A DNA stretch of 64,000 nucleotides from Deltaproteobacteria bacterium (GTDB lineage Bacteria > Myxococcota_A > UBA9160 > UBA6930). The translations under genes and the position numbers were made by a program. Positions 26,766 through 34,915 of the stretch are shown here, one piece after another. Numbering within the stretch: the first letter of the stretch is position 1; the number at the start of each line of letters is the position of its first letter. The notes under the pieces are model-generated. The model saw only the letters and a list, made by a program, of their open reading frames with translations, searched no databases and was not told where the DNA came from. The stretch is taken from NCBI GenBank assembly GCA_029261815.1, contig JAJDAQ010000054.1, positions 155 to 64,154 of the forward strand, given 5' to 3'.

Positions 26766-28615
26766 GAATCGTCCCCATCTGTCGGCGCAGGCTCCGGTAT
26801 TGGCTCCGGTGCGAGTTCTTCGGGTGGGACGAGGTACAAGTAGGTCGAGTCGAGGCCGGCCGTCTCGGCGTGCTCAGCACCCTTTTTCGAGTGCCATGTG
26901 ACACGCCAACCGACGTCCGTGCCGCGGTCATGATATACCGAGACGGTGGTCGTAGGTTCAGCATCTGCGACTCGGAGCGTCGCTTTCCGCTGGAGCTTGG
27001 GCTTTCCCCCGATCGGAACCGCAAAGTCCACGACTGCAGTGCGAATCCCATACTCGGCGAACTGATCGCGATCGGCGTCGATTTCGATGACTTCTTTCTG
27101 GAACGGCGGTGTCAGCGAAATCACCGGGTCTTCGCTCGGGATCCACTTTTCCTCGTCGCGGGGAATGTTCATGGTGGGGCGATCGCGAACGCTCCAGCGC
27201 ACCTGGTACTCGTAGCCGAGCCAGCTGGCATCGTCTTCGCCCAACCGGGGATAGGTGATCGCCTGCATGATCCCACCGTTCTTCACCTCTTCGTGTGTGA
27301 AGACCAGCGATTCGGTCTTGGTCGCTTGCGACCTGTCGGCGTAGACCTTTCGGAAATTCACCGAGACGAAGTTGACGGTGTCCTGGAAGGCGTCGATGTA
27401 GTCGCCATCGACCTGGAAGTGCACATCGCGCTTCTGGAAGGTGGTGTCGTCGAGGTTCACGACGCGGAAGTAACGCTCATCCTCGCCGTACTCCGAGTAG
27501 ATCCCGCCGAGGTTGCCCGACGTATCGAAGGGCACGCGGATGGTTGTTGAACGCGAAAGGTTGAGCGTGAACTCGTTGCGCGAAATGTCCTTGCGGTTCT
27601 TCAGGACGTACTGATTGTCGGAGATGTACTCCTGGTTCCCGGTCCCTGCGAAGAACTTCGCGAAGCCACCGCGTGACTGACGCCCCGCGAGCTGACCGCC
27701 CTCGACCGCCTGTTCCTTCGGCGGTGCCTTCGACCAGCCCATCTCGCTGTCGAACATCAGCGTGGTCAACTTCGTCGTGACGAGGTCCACGATGCCCTGC
27801 ATGTCACCCGAGTCGATCCCGAGGCCCTGGCTTCGGTCCATCACCTCGATGGTGATGTCTCCAGTCTTGACGAGTTCGTCGGTGATGTCGCGGAGCTGGC
27901 GCTTCTTGAAGCCCTTCTGATACGAGAACACGCGGCTGAAGTGCTCGTAGACGACGTCCATCTTCGCATGGATGCGTGCGTTGTAGGCCTTCACCTTGGC
28001 TTCGTAGTAGGCGGTGATCGAAACCGAGACGTCGGACGTGGGCGCATGGAAGGTGTCGAACAAGAGCGTCGCCCCCTCCTGGGAGAGCCTCGCAGCGACG
28101 ACGGCCTTCGAACCCGGCGTCAGCGGCGCGCGCCCCGACGTGATCAGGTTGCGCGTGAAACCACCCTCTTCCGTGTCGGTCAGGGTCGCAGAGACCACAC
28201 GGAAACCACCAAGCCCCTTCTCACCGTCCTCGACCGACTCCATCAGGGGAACCGGGCCGGCGATCCGGGCGCCGCCAATCTCCTTCTGCAACGCCTTCTC
28301 GAGGGACGCCTCCTCTTCGGGGAGGAGGCTGAGCGTCACCAGCGCATGGAAGATTCCACCGCTTTCCGCGTTGCCCGCCCCCACGAACTTGACGCACAGG
28401 AACTCGAGCGTCTCGCCGCCGTCCTTCGTCGCCAGACGTGGGTAGGTCGGCAGGTACCAGTAGAGGTACTCGTCGTCCGCGTCCTGCAGGAGTTGGATGC
28501 CGTTGACGATCATCCGCCCCTCGTCGTACTTCACCAATGCTTCCGTACTGGTTGCACCGCCGGACACCCAGCAGATGGCCAATGCCGTCGCGATCCAGAA
28601 CCTCGAGGGGCTCAT
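26762..28615 (-). CDS. secreted protein, YYxP-module paralog D
   Basis: ORF 26762..28615(-). The ATG follows GAGGAGGAAGG and overlaps the E stop (ATGA). The signal peptide is FWIATALAICWVSGGA. Motifs: EYLYWYLPTYPRL, LEFLCVKF, GGIFHALV, SGRAPLTPGS, FRVVNLDDTTFQKRDVHFQVDG, VNFVSVNFRK, YEYQVRWSVR. Ends in an acidic/Pro tail. Confidence 0.85.
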   Translation of the reverse strand: MSPSRFWIATALAICWVSGGATSTEALVKYDEGRMIVNGIQLLQDADDEYLYWYLPTYPRLATKDGGETLEFLCVKFVGAGNAESGGIFHALVTLSLLPEEEASLEKALQKEIGGARIAGPVPLMESVEDGEKGLGGFRVVSATLTDTEEGGFTRNLITSGRAPLTPGSKAVVAARLSQEGATLLFDTFHAPTSDVSVSITAYYEAKVKAYNARIHAKMDVVYEHFSRVFSYQKGFKKRQLRDITDELVKTGDITIEVMDRSQGLGIDSGDMQGIVDLVTTKLTTLMFDSEMGWSKAPPKEQAVEGGQLAGRQSRGGFAKFFAGTGNQEYISDNQYVLKNRKDISRNEFTLNLSRSTTIRVPFDTSGNLGGIYSEYGEDERYFRVVNLDDTTFQKRDVHFQVDGDYIDAFQDTVNFVSVNFRKVYADRSQATKTESLVFTHEEVKNGGIMQAITYPRLGEDDASWLGYEYQVRWSVRDRPTMNIPRDEEKWIPSEDPVISLTPPFQKEVIEIDADRDQFAEYGIRTAVVDFAVPIGGKPKLQRKATLRVADAEPTTTVSVYHDRGTDVGWRVTWHSKKGAEHAETAGLDSTYLYLVPPEELAPEPIPEPAPTDGDDS

Positions 28616-29898
28616 CCTTCCTCCTCTTCGTCGTCCACTCGTTCGAGCGGTGCCGACGTGATGTCCAGAATCGGAGCCCAGCTACCACGCTCGGTCCAGG
28701 CTCCAGTCGTGGTGACGCCGTCGCGCGCCGCGGTCGTGACCCGGTACCGGTACGGCTTGTCCATTCGGATGGCGACCGGGAAACGGAGCGTTCGGGCATA
28801 AAGGTCCGGTTGGCTGAACAGGAACTTGGCGTCGATCGGAACGCGGCGTCCGCCGACGGCCTCCGCCTCCAACTCGATCTTCGTGTAGAACAGATCCGGG
28901 CGTTGGCGATTGGCGAAGTCGTAGCAATAGACCTTGACCGCCGCGTAGCCGGGCGGCGCCTTCTCGTTGAAGTCGACACGTTCAACGAGTTCCGGCCAAC
29001 GTGCGACATCGATCGAGATCCCGGTCGCCCCCGCACGCACCATCTGGGATTCGACGGGCGCCTCGAAGGTCGCCTCGTCGAGCGAGAGATCGCCGGGCCG
29101 ATCCTTGCCGCGCGCCTTGCGGTCGAGCTTGCGAAGTAGCTTGGCGGCGACGCCGGTGGGTCGATCGTCGGCGATCGGAACGCCCTGGGCCCGTAGGTTC
29201 TCGATCAGGTCTTCTTCGATCTCGGACTCCGTAGACATCGCCGAGACCTGGGCGTGCTCCGCGCTGTGGACACCCTTGCTGAAGAACGCGTACGAGACAC
29301 TCAGCGCCACCTTCCCGCGGTTCATCATCTCGAGCAGGAGCGTAGCCGTGTGCGGGTCCATCGGAACCGTAAACACGCGCTCGCGCCAATAGGCATCTCG
29401 GCTCGTGCGGCCACCCTTCGAGCCGTCAGCTTCGAAATAGCCTTCCTCGACGACCTGGGGTTCGACGCCGCTCTCGCCGATGGGTGCGTAGGCCAGCAAC
29501 GCCTCGAAGCGGCTGATCGGCAACGGGCGAAGCTCGGCGCGCCCGAGGTTCTCGTAGGCGAGCAGTGCGCGGCGGAGGAAGCGAAGCTCGGCCGGTCCCG
29601 GTGCATCCATCCGCATGTGGAAGGTCAGCGTGTTGAGCGCACCGAACTCTCCCTGGTTTCCATAGGCGGCCGTGCCCGTGTAACGCATCTGCAGGAACCG
29701 GACATCGGGGCGCCCCGTCAGGTCGCGCACGATCTCGAGCCCGCCGGGAGCGAAATAGAACAGACGGCTGTCGTCGAAGTCCGGATAGGTGACGAACTTC
29801 CCAATTTGGCGCGGTGCGCTCAGATCCGGCGCGGCCTCGAGCGCCAGTGGCGCCAGAAACAACGGGAGGAGCAAGAGCATCAGGACTGACCGCGGCAT
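28612..29898 (-). CDS. secreted protein, YYxP-module paralog E (short; different C-terminal module)
   Basis: ORF 28612..29976(-). The start is ATG 29898, overlapping the F stop by 1 nt (TGATG). The signal peptide is MPRSVLMLLLLPLFLAPLALEA. The N-module aligns with A-D: TYPDFDDSRLFYFAPGG, VRFLQMRY, ELRPLP, RERVFTVPMDPHTATLLLEMM..VALSVSYAFF. The tail is DDEEEEG. Confidence 0.8.
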   Translation of the reverse strand: MPRSVLMLLLLPLFLAPLALEAAPDLSAPRQIGKFVTYPDFDDSRLFYFAPGGLEIVRDLTGRPDVRFLQMRYTGTAAYGNQGEFGALNTLTFHMRMDAPGPAELRFLRRALLAYENLGRAELRPLPISRFEALLAYAPIGESGVEPQVVEEGYFEADGSKGGRTSRDAYWRERVFTVPMDPHTATLLLEMMNRGKVALSVSYAFFSKGVHSAEHAQVSAMSTESEIEEDLIENLRAQGVPIADDRPTGVAAKLLRKLDRKARGKDRPGDLSLDEATFEAPVESQMVRAGATGISIDVARWPELVERVDFNEKAPPGYAAVKVYCYDFANRQRPDLFYTKIELEAEAVGGRRVPIDAKFLFSQPDLYARTLRFPVAIRMDKPYRYRVTTAARDGVTTTGAWTERGSWAPILDITSAPLERVDDEEEEG

Positions 29899-32009
29899 CA
29901 GGGTTCCGGCTCTCCCAGCGCGGATCTCAGGGAGGCGGAACCGAGCAGGTAGTCGAGCCTTCGTGACTCGAGCCACATCGACTCCCGGATACTCCCGTCA
30001 CGCATCACGATGTCGAGCTTGTACTCGTAGAACGGCTCCTTGGCGTCTCCTCGGTTCATCTCGGCATCGGTCAGGAACAGACGCGCGATCGGAACCTCCT
30101 CGCCATCCTCCTCCAATACGACCGCGGGTCGGGTCAGCACACGCGTGCGCTGTGGGTCGAGGAACTGGGAGCGCACGTGGACCAGGATCTGATGGGCCCC
30201 CGTCGACTCGAAGACGTCGCCCGTGGTGAACACGAGCTGCCGCGTGGAAGGCGGCGGCGGAATGAACTTCTCGGTGAAGACGAGATCGTCGCAGGGCTCG
30301 CAGTCGCCTTCGACCGAATACCGCACCCAGAGCAGCTTGGCCGTTCTGTCGACCCAGCCCGGAACCTGCTCGGCTTGCCAGATCACTTTGTCGCCCGGTG
30401 CGGCGACGGGGTCGCCGAGATCCCATGTCAGGATGACGGGTTGATCCTTGCGCAGCCCGTTGCCATCACTCGGCGAAAGCAGCAGGGCATGCAGGCTGTG
30501 CAGCCGGATCGGATAACGCGAGCCGTTGGTCCAGCCTCCGCGACGATCGAACGGAATGCGACCGAAGGTCTCGGGTTCGGCGACCGCGATCTGCAACGGG
30601 ATGGACCGCGAGAAGCGCGACTCCCCAGCCGCGTGCAACACGACGCTGCCATGGATTCCGGCGTCGGTGCGCAGGAGGCTCTCGACGTTGAGCAGGCGCT
30701 GGATGTCGGTGGCCCAGGAGACATCCATCGAACCGAGCAACCCGGAGATTCCCTGGACGCTGATCTTGTCGGGCGGAATCGTGAACTGGTTCTCGGCACC
30801 CCCAAAGAGTTCGACGTTCGAGCTCGAATCGAGCGGCAGCGGCCGCAGCTCGCGGAAGCGCATGCTGCCGTCGGGGTGGTTGCGACGCAGATACGCGCGC
30901 AAGAGATCCTCGGCGATCCGCAGTTCGGCGAGATTGACCCCGGCGCGCAGACGCGCCGCCATGAAGACTTCGCCGTCCGAGGATTGCTGTCCCGCCATCC
31001 CGTAGATGACCGTCATCGCGTACTGCTGCAGCGGATCCCACTGCAGGTCGTAGCGCTTGGGCGCGTAATAGAAGAGCCCGGTCTGCGGGTTCTCGTCCTG
31101 ATAGACGTGGTGGTCGATCTGCAGGATCTGTCCCTGGTGCAGCTCGATCTGACGATCGACGCGCAACCCCTCGAACAGGTTGATCGCTTGCAGCTGGCTC
31201 GGCCCGCGGATGTCGCGCATCTCGGCCAGCTTTTCGGCCGTGCGTTGCTGGCGCTCCGCGCGCATCTCGCCGATCTCCTCGACCTTCTCGCGCAGGATGT
31301 CGTACACACGACCCTGTTGCTCGACCTCGAGTTGTCGGCGGCGCTCCATGATCTGCATGCGTTCCATGCTCTCGAGGTAGGTCGCAAGCGGATCCGCTGC
31401 AGGCTCGGCGGCCGGAGTGGGCGCCTGCGTCGGATTGGGCGGTACTGGATTGAGGGTCGGCCGGCCGGTGTTAGGCCGGGTGTTGACGTTGTACGCGCCC
31501 ACGGCGGGTGCTGGTTTGTTGTACGTGGTGGTCGTCGGCGGTGGACTCGCCTGGACGGGCACGGCCACTCGCTGGGGAATGATCACGTTGGTCGTCGTGA
31601 CCGCGGTCGAGGGCTTGGCCGACAGACTCTGCGTGTAGACCGTGGCGCTCGGTCGGTAGACCAGCATCCCGGCCGACTGGGTTCGGGAGAGCGAAGTCGT
31701 CGCTAGGAGCTCGGAAGTCGTCGCCCGGCTTCGCACGTCCGGATTTGGGGCTGCTGGAGCCCCGACGAGCAGCTCTGATGCCGTCGCCGGCAACTGGGCG
31801 CTCGCGTCCACGCTCCGCCCCGAGACCAGCTCCCGGGCCAGCCCCACGGCTTCGGGCACGATCACCACGGTCTCCGCGAGGGCGGCGCCCCCGGTGGTCA
31901 GAACCAGCGCAGTCACAGCCAACCACCAGACGGTTGTCAGACGGGCGTCCGGGCGCGCCGACGGGGCCTCCCCCTGGTGTCCGGCTGCGTGCTCGCCCTG
32001 TCGCTCCAT
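29898..32009 (-). CDS. membrane-anchored protein, YYxP-module paralog F (S/T/P-rich stalk plus coiled coil)
   Basis: ORF 29898..32126(-). The start is ATG 32009 (MERQGEH), 5 nt after GGAGGAGGG. Has a TM/signal anchor TTVWWLAVTALVLTTGGAALA, a long S/T/P-rich segment and a charged heptad-like segment MERRRQLEVEQQ...AEKLAEMRD. The shared module then follows: NPQTGLFYYAPKRYDL, ELRPLPL. Confidence 0.8.
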   Translation of the reverse strand: MERQGEHAAGHQGEAPSARPDARLTTVWWLAVTALVLTTGGAALAETVVIVPEAVGLARELVSGRSVDASAQLPATASELLVGAPAAPNPDVRSRATTSELLATTSLSRTQSAGMLVYRPSATVYTQSLSAKPSTAVTTTNVIIPQRVAVPVQASPPPTTTTYNKPAPAVGAYNVNTRPNTGRPTLNPVPPNPTQAPTPAAEPAADPLATYLESMERMQIMERRRQLEVEQQGRVYDILREKVEEIGEMRAERQQRTAEKLAEMRDIRGPSQLQAINLFEGLRVDRQIELHQGQILQIDHHVYQDENPQTGLFYYAPKRYDLQWDPLQQYAMTVIYGMAGQQSSDGEVFMAARLRAGVNLAELRIAEDLLRAYLRRNHPDGSMRFRELRPLPLDSSSNVELFGGAENQFTIPPDKISVQGISGLLGSMDVSWATDIQRLLNVESLLRTDAGIHGSVVLHAAGESRFSRSIPLQIAVAEPETFGRIPFDRRGGWTNGSRYPIRLHSLHALLLSPSDGNGLRKDQPVILTWDLGDPVAAPGDKVIWQAEQVPGWVDRTAKLLWVRYSVEGDCEPCDDLVFTEKFIPPPPSTRQLVFTTGDVFESTGAHQILVHVRSQFLDPQRTRVLTRPAVVLEEDGEEVPIARLFLTDAEMNRGDAKEPFYEYKLDIVMRDGSIRESMWLESRRLDYLLGSASLRSALGEPEP

Positions 32010-32165
32010 CGAGGCCCTCCTCCTGCTCAGCTCGGCCGTGGTGCCAAGAGTGTCCAGATGTTGAAGCCCCGCTTCGATGGCAGCTTGCCGGACCCGAGGC
32101 GAAACCGAACGACGTCCAGGCTGCATGAAAGCGTTTTCCGTGCGCGGCCGCGAGCCCGGGCGAGT

Positions 32166-34856
32166 CTAATCGGAGGCATTGTCATCTCTGCGGTCTTCAA
32201 CGTCCTGGCCCGCCCTCGCGGCCAGCCGGTCGAGCAGGTCCGAGAATACCGGCAACTGGCGGACGGCTTCTGCGAAGGCGCTGCTGATGTTCACAGTCAG
32301 GTGGACCGGCCTTCCGTCCTGAAAATTCGGATTGCGGCCCTTCAACAGCACCCTCATCTCGGCGCCCTCGTCGAGTTGTCCGGACGCCTGGACCTCGAGT
32401 GACTCGTAGTGGAAGTCCCTCAGTGCCTCCATCAGGATTTCGCCCTGCGACCCGGTGCCCGCAATGGCAGCCGCGGACCCGGTGGGCGCATAGCGCAGCC
32501 GTCCGCCTCCGGGTGCCTGGAACCGGGCACCCCGCAGCACCGGCCGGCCCGAGACCAGGGCCAGCTCAAATCTGCCGGTGAGCCAGCCGGAAATGTCGAG
32601 TCCCTCGACGGGGGCAAGCGCGAGAAGCGATGCGATATCGAGATCGTCCGCTTCGAACGTGAGACCCTGGTCTGCTCTTCCGGACAGATCCAGCGTCCCC
32701 TCGATCCGGACCTCCCCGCCGGCCAGACGGAAGCGCCCCTCCCGGATGACGAGATCATCCGGCCCCGCCAGTGCCCACTGCAGCGCGCCCTCCTCGAGCA
32801 CGAGGTCGGGCGCCAACTCCACCCGCGAGAAGACGAGATCCTGATCGGGCGCGGTCTCCAGGGGATCGAAGCCGACCAGCCGTGCCGACGCCTGCAGCCC
32901 CTTCGCTCGGGTCGATCCGACGCCGACCGCGGCACGCCGGACGAATACCTGGATGTCGGGACGGAGCTGTTCGCCCCACTGCAGGGTTCCGGCGCCCTCG
33001 AGTTCGCCCGCCTCCACCTCGAGCACCTCGGCGAGGGCTGGAATCAGCGCTGCGAAGTCGACCCCGGTTTCGCCGAAGCGCACCGGAGCGAGTTCGAATG
33101 ACACACTCCCTTTTCCATCGACGAGCGAGTGGGCCCCGCTCCCCCGAAGCCGAGCACCCTGTGGCGAGCGAGCGTCGAACCCGAAGGTCGCTGAATCTGG
33201 ACCTCCGGAGATCTGCCCCTCCACCGCCAACTCGGCAACCACGGGGTTCTGACGGCCGATCCTCAACCGCGAGACCGAAAAGGGTCCGGAGAACTCGGAA
33301 CCCGACGGCGTCCAACGCGCGGCAACGGGCGCCTCGATGCCGGCCAACGCCACGTCCGCGAAGGGGAGTGCGAACTCGCCTCCGCTCGCCACGACCTGCG
33401 CTCGGATCTCTTCCGCCTCGCGAACGGCCTCGACACGCACGGTAGGCGTCGTCCCGCTCCACCAGGCCTCGCCGCGCAGGGGTCCCACTTCGAGTTCGAA
33501 CGGCTCGATCTCGATCGTCCCGGCGAGGCTTGTGTCCCCGTCCGCATCCGATTCAACCACGAGAGGACCCGCCGCGGGACTCTTCACGCATAACGATGCG
33601 TCTTCCCACAGCCGTGCCGCGCCGGCCAGGTCGCCGGCATCGACTTCGAGGGAGAGGCAGCGCCCCCCCGTATGGACGCCCAACCGCCGCCCGTCCCACT
33701 CGATTTCGAAGTCGCCCGCGATGCGCCCGGACGGGACCGCATCCGGTCGTCCGCTGCCCATGACCGCTCCCTCCAGGTGGACGTCCATTTGCGCAGCATC
33801 GGTGCTGATCGCGCCCTTCCCCTGGATCGCAATCGAACCGGTCCCGTCTGGAAACTCCCACGCATCCGCAAACATGGAAAACGCAGCCTGCGCAGCCGCT
33901 CCCGGCTCTGCGTCCCAGGCCATGTCAAGTCCGGCACGAAACGGAAGCGTGCTCTGGTCGGCACGAACCAGGGCCGCCTGCCCCACATCGACACTCAACG
34001 CACCGTCTCGATAGGTGGCGTCGACGACGGCTCGGGCACGCTCGATCTCGAGGACGGGATCGATTACGGCGACGACGGTTGCGTGGAGCTCCGCGAACGC
34101 GACCGAGTCAACAAGCGGGGTCTGGTTGAAGATCGGACCGCCGAGTTCGGCATGCGCGCGCAGCTCGGCGTCGACCGAGTCCACACCGGCCATCCCGAAC
34201 AGTTCGAGGAGTTCGCGCGGGAACCTGCCGACCAGGTGGGCATCGACGCGGGGCGATGCCAACTCGAGGGAGCCCCGCAGCCCGGGGTCCGAGGAAGCCT
34301 CGGGGGCATCTCGCAACGGACCCACCGGCCCGGCCTGGAACTCGAGATCTCCCTGCCAGTCGTTCGTGAGATCGGCGGCGCCGTGCGCCTCGATCCGCCA
34401 TGGATCCCCTCCCACTGTGGTCACGAAGACCAGGTCCTCCGCATGGATCGCACGCGGCAACCAGGAGTCGCGCAGGGAAAAACCCCTACCGACCTCGTCC
34501 GACTCCTCGCCCATGTCGAGTTCGTTCCCACACACGGACCAGCCCGCGGGAATTCGTTCGACGCGGCATCGAATACCGCGGACCGTTGCGCGGTCCAATC
34601 GGCGCGCCAGCAGGCCGCGGGCGCTCCACTGGAGACTCGCATGCTCGATCTCAAGGTCGCCGATCGAGGTGCGCGCCAGAGCAACGCCACTCCAGCCGAT
34701 CTCTTCGACCTCCACTCGCGTGGGGCCGAAGCCGTTTTGCTCCAACAACCCCGGGCCCCAGCGCTCGAGCGCGACTGCGATCATTCCAGGGAGACCGAGC
34801 ACCAGGAGCATGAGTACCGCGAGCGCAGCCGTGAGTCCTTTCACAGCACGCCACAT
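32166..34856 (-). CDS. ydbH: YdbH-like AsmA-family protein (intermembrane bridge-type)
   Basis: ORF 32166..34856(-), 896 aa. Has an N-terminal anchor LTAALAVLMLLVLGLPGMIAVAL and a long repetitive beta-rich body. The C-terminus GRLRYAP...EALRDFHYESLEVQASGQLDEGAEMRVLLKGRNPNFQDGRPVHLTVNIS fits my recollection of the DctA-YdbH domain. The operon also carries YnbE/YdbL-like sequence. Confidence 0.65.
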   Translation of the reverse strand: MWRAVKGLTAALAVLMLLVLGLPGMIAVALERWGPGLLEQNGFGPTRVEVEEIGWSGVALARTSIGDLEIEHASLQWSARGLLARRLDRATVRGIRCRVERIPAGWSVCGNELDMGEESDEVGRGFSLRDSWLPRAIHAEDLVFVTTVGGDPWRIEAHGAADLTNDWQGDLEFQAGPVGPLRDAPEASSDPGLRGSLELASPRVDAHLVGRFPRELLELFGMAGVDSVDAELRAHAELGGPIFNQTPLVDSVAFAELHATVVAVIDPVLEIERARAVVDATYRDGALSVDVGQAALVRADQSTLPFRAGLDMAWDAEPGAAAQAAFSMFADAWEFPDGTGSIAIQGKGAISTDAAQMDVHLEGAVMGSGRPDAVPSGRIAGDFEIEWDGRRLGVHTGGRCLSLEVDAGDLAGAARLWEDASLCVKSPAAGPLVVESDADGDTSLAGTIEIEPFELEVGPLRGEAWWSGTTPTVRVEAVREAEEIRAQVVASGGEFALPFADVALAGIEAPVAARWTPSGSEFSGPFSVSRLRIGRQNPVVAELAVEGQISGGPDSATFGFDARSPQGARLRGSGAHSLVDGKGSVSFELAPVRFGETGVDFAALIPALAEVLEVEAGELEGAGTLQWGEQLRPDIQVFVRRAAVGVGSTRAKGLQASARLVGFDPLETAPDQDLVFSRVELAPDLVLEEGALQWALAGPDDLVIREGRFRLAGGEVRIEGTLDLSGRADQGLTFEADDLDIASLLALAPVEGLDISGWLTGRFELALVSGRPVLRGARFQAPGGGRLRYAPTGSAAAIAGTGSQGEILMEALRDFHYESLEVQASGQLDEGAEMRVLLKGRNPNFQDGRPVHLTVNISSAFAEAVRQLPVFSDLLDRLAARAGQDVEDRRDDNASD

Positions 34857-34915
34857 CGATTCGATGCTACACCCTGATGCGATTGCAGGTAAACCACGCT
34901 GGAGGACCGTAACGG

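Noticed and set aside
20866-32009. Idea that the paralogs next to caspase-like proteases are bacterial gasdermins or another cytoplasmic abortive-infection pair.
   Set aside because: The proteins are two to four times longer than bacterial gasdermins. They carry Sec signal peptides, and the proteases are also exported. No NTPase, TIR, nuclease or other defence hallmark is present.
32010-32126. ATG 32126 as the start of paralog F.
   Set aside because: It has no Shine-Dalgarno sequence. ATG 32009 has GGAGGAGGG at optimal spacing, and the extra 39 residues are not hydrophobic or conserved-looking. The longer form cannot be excluded.
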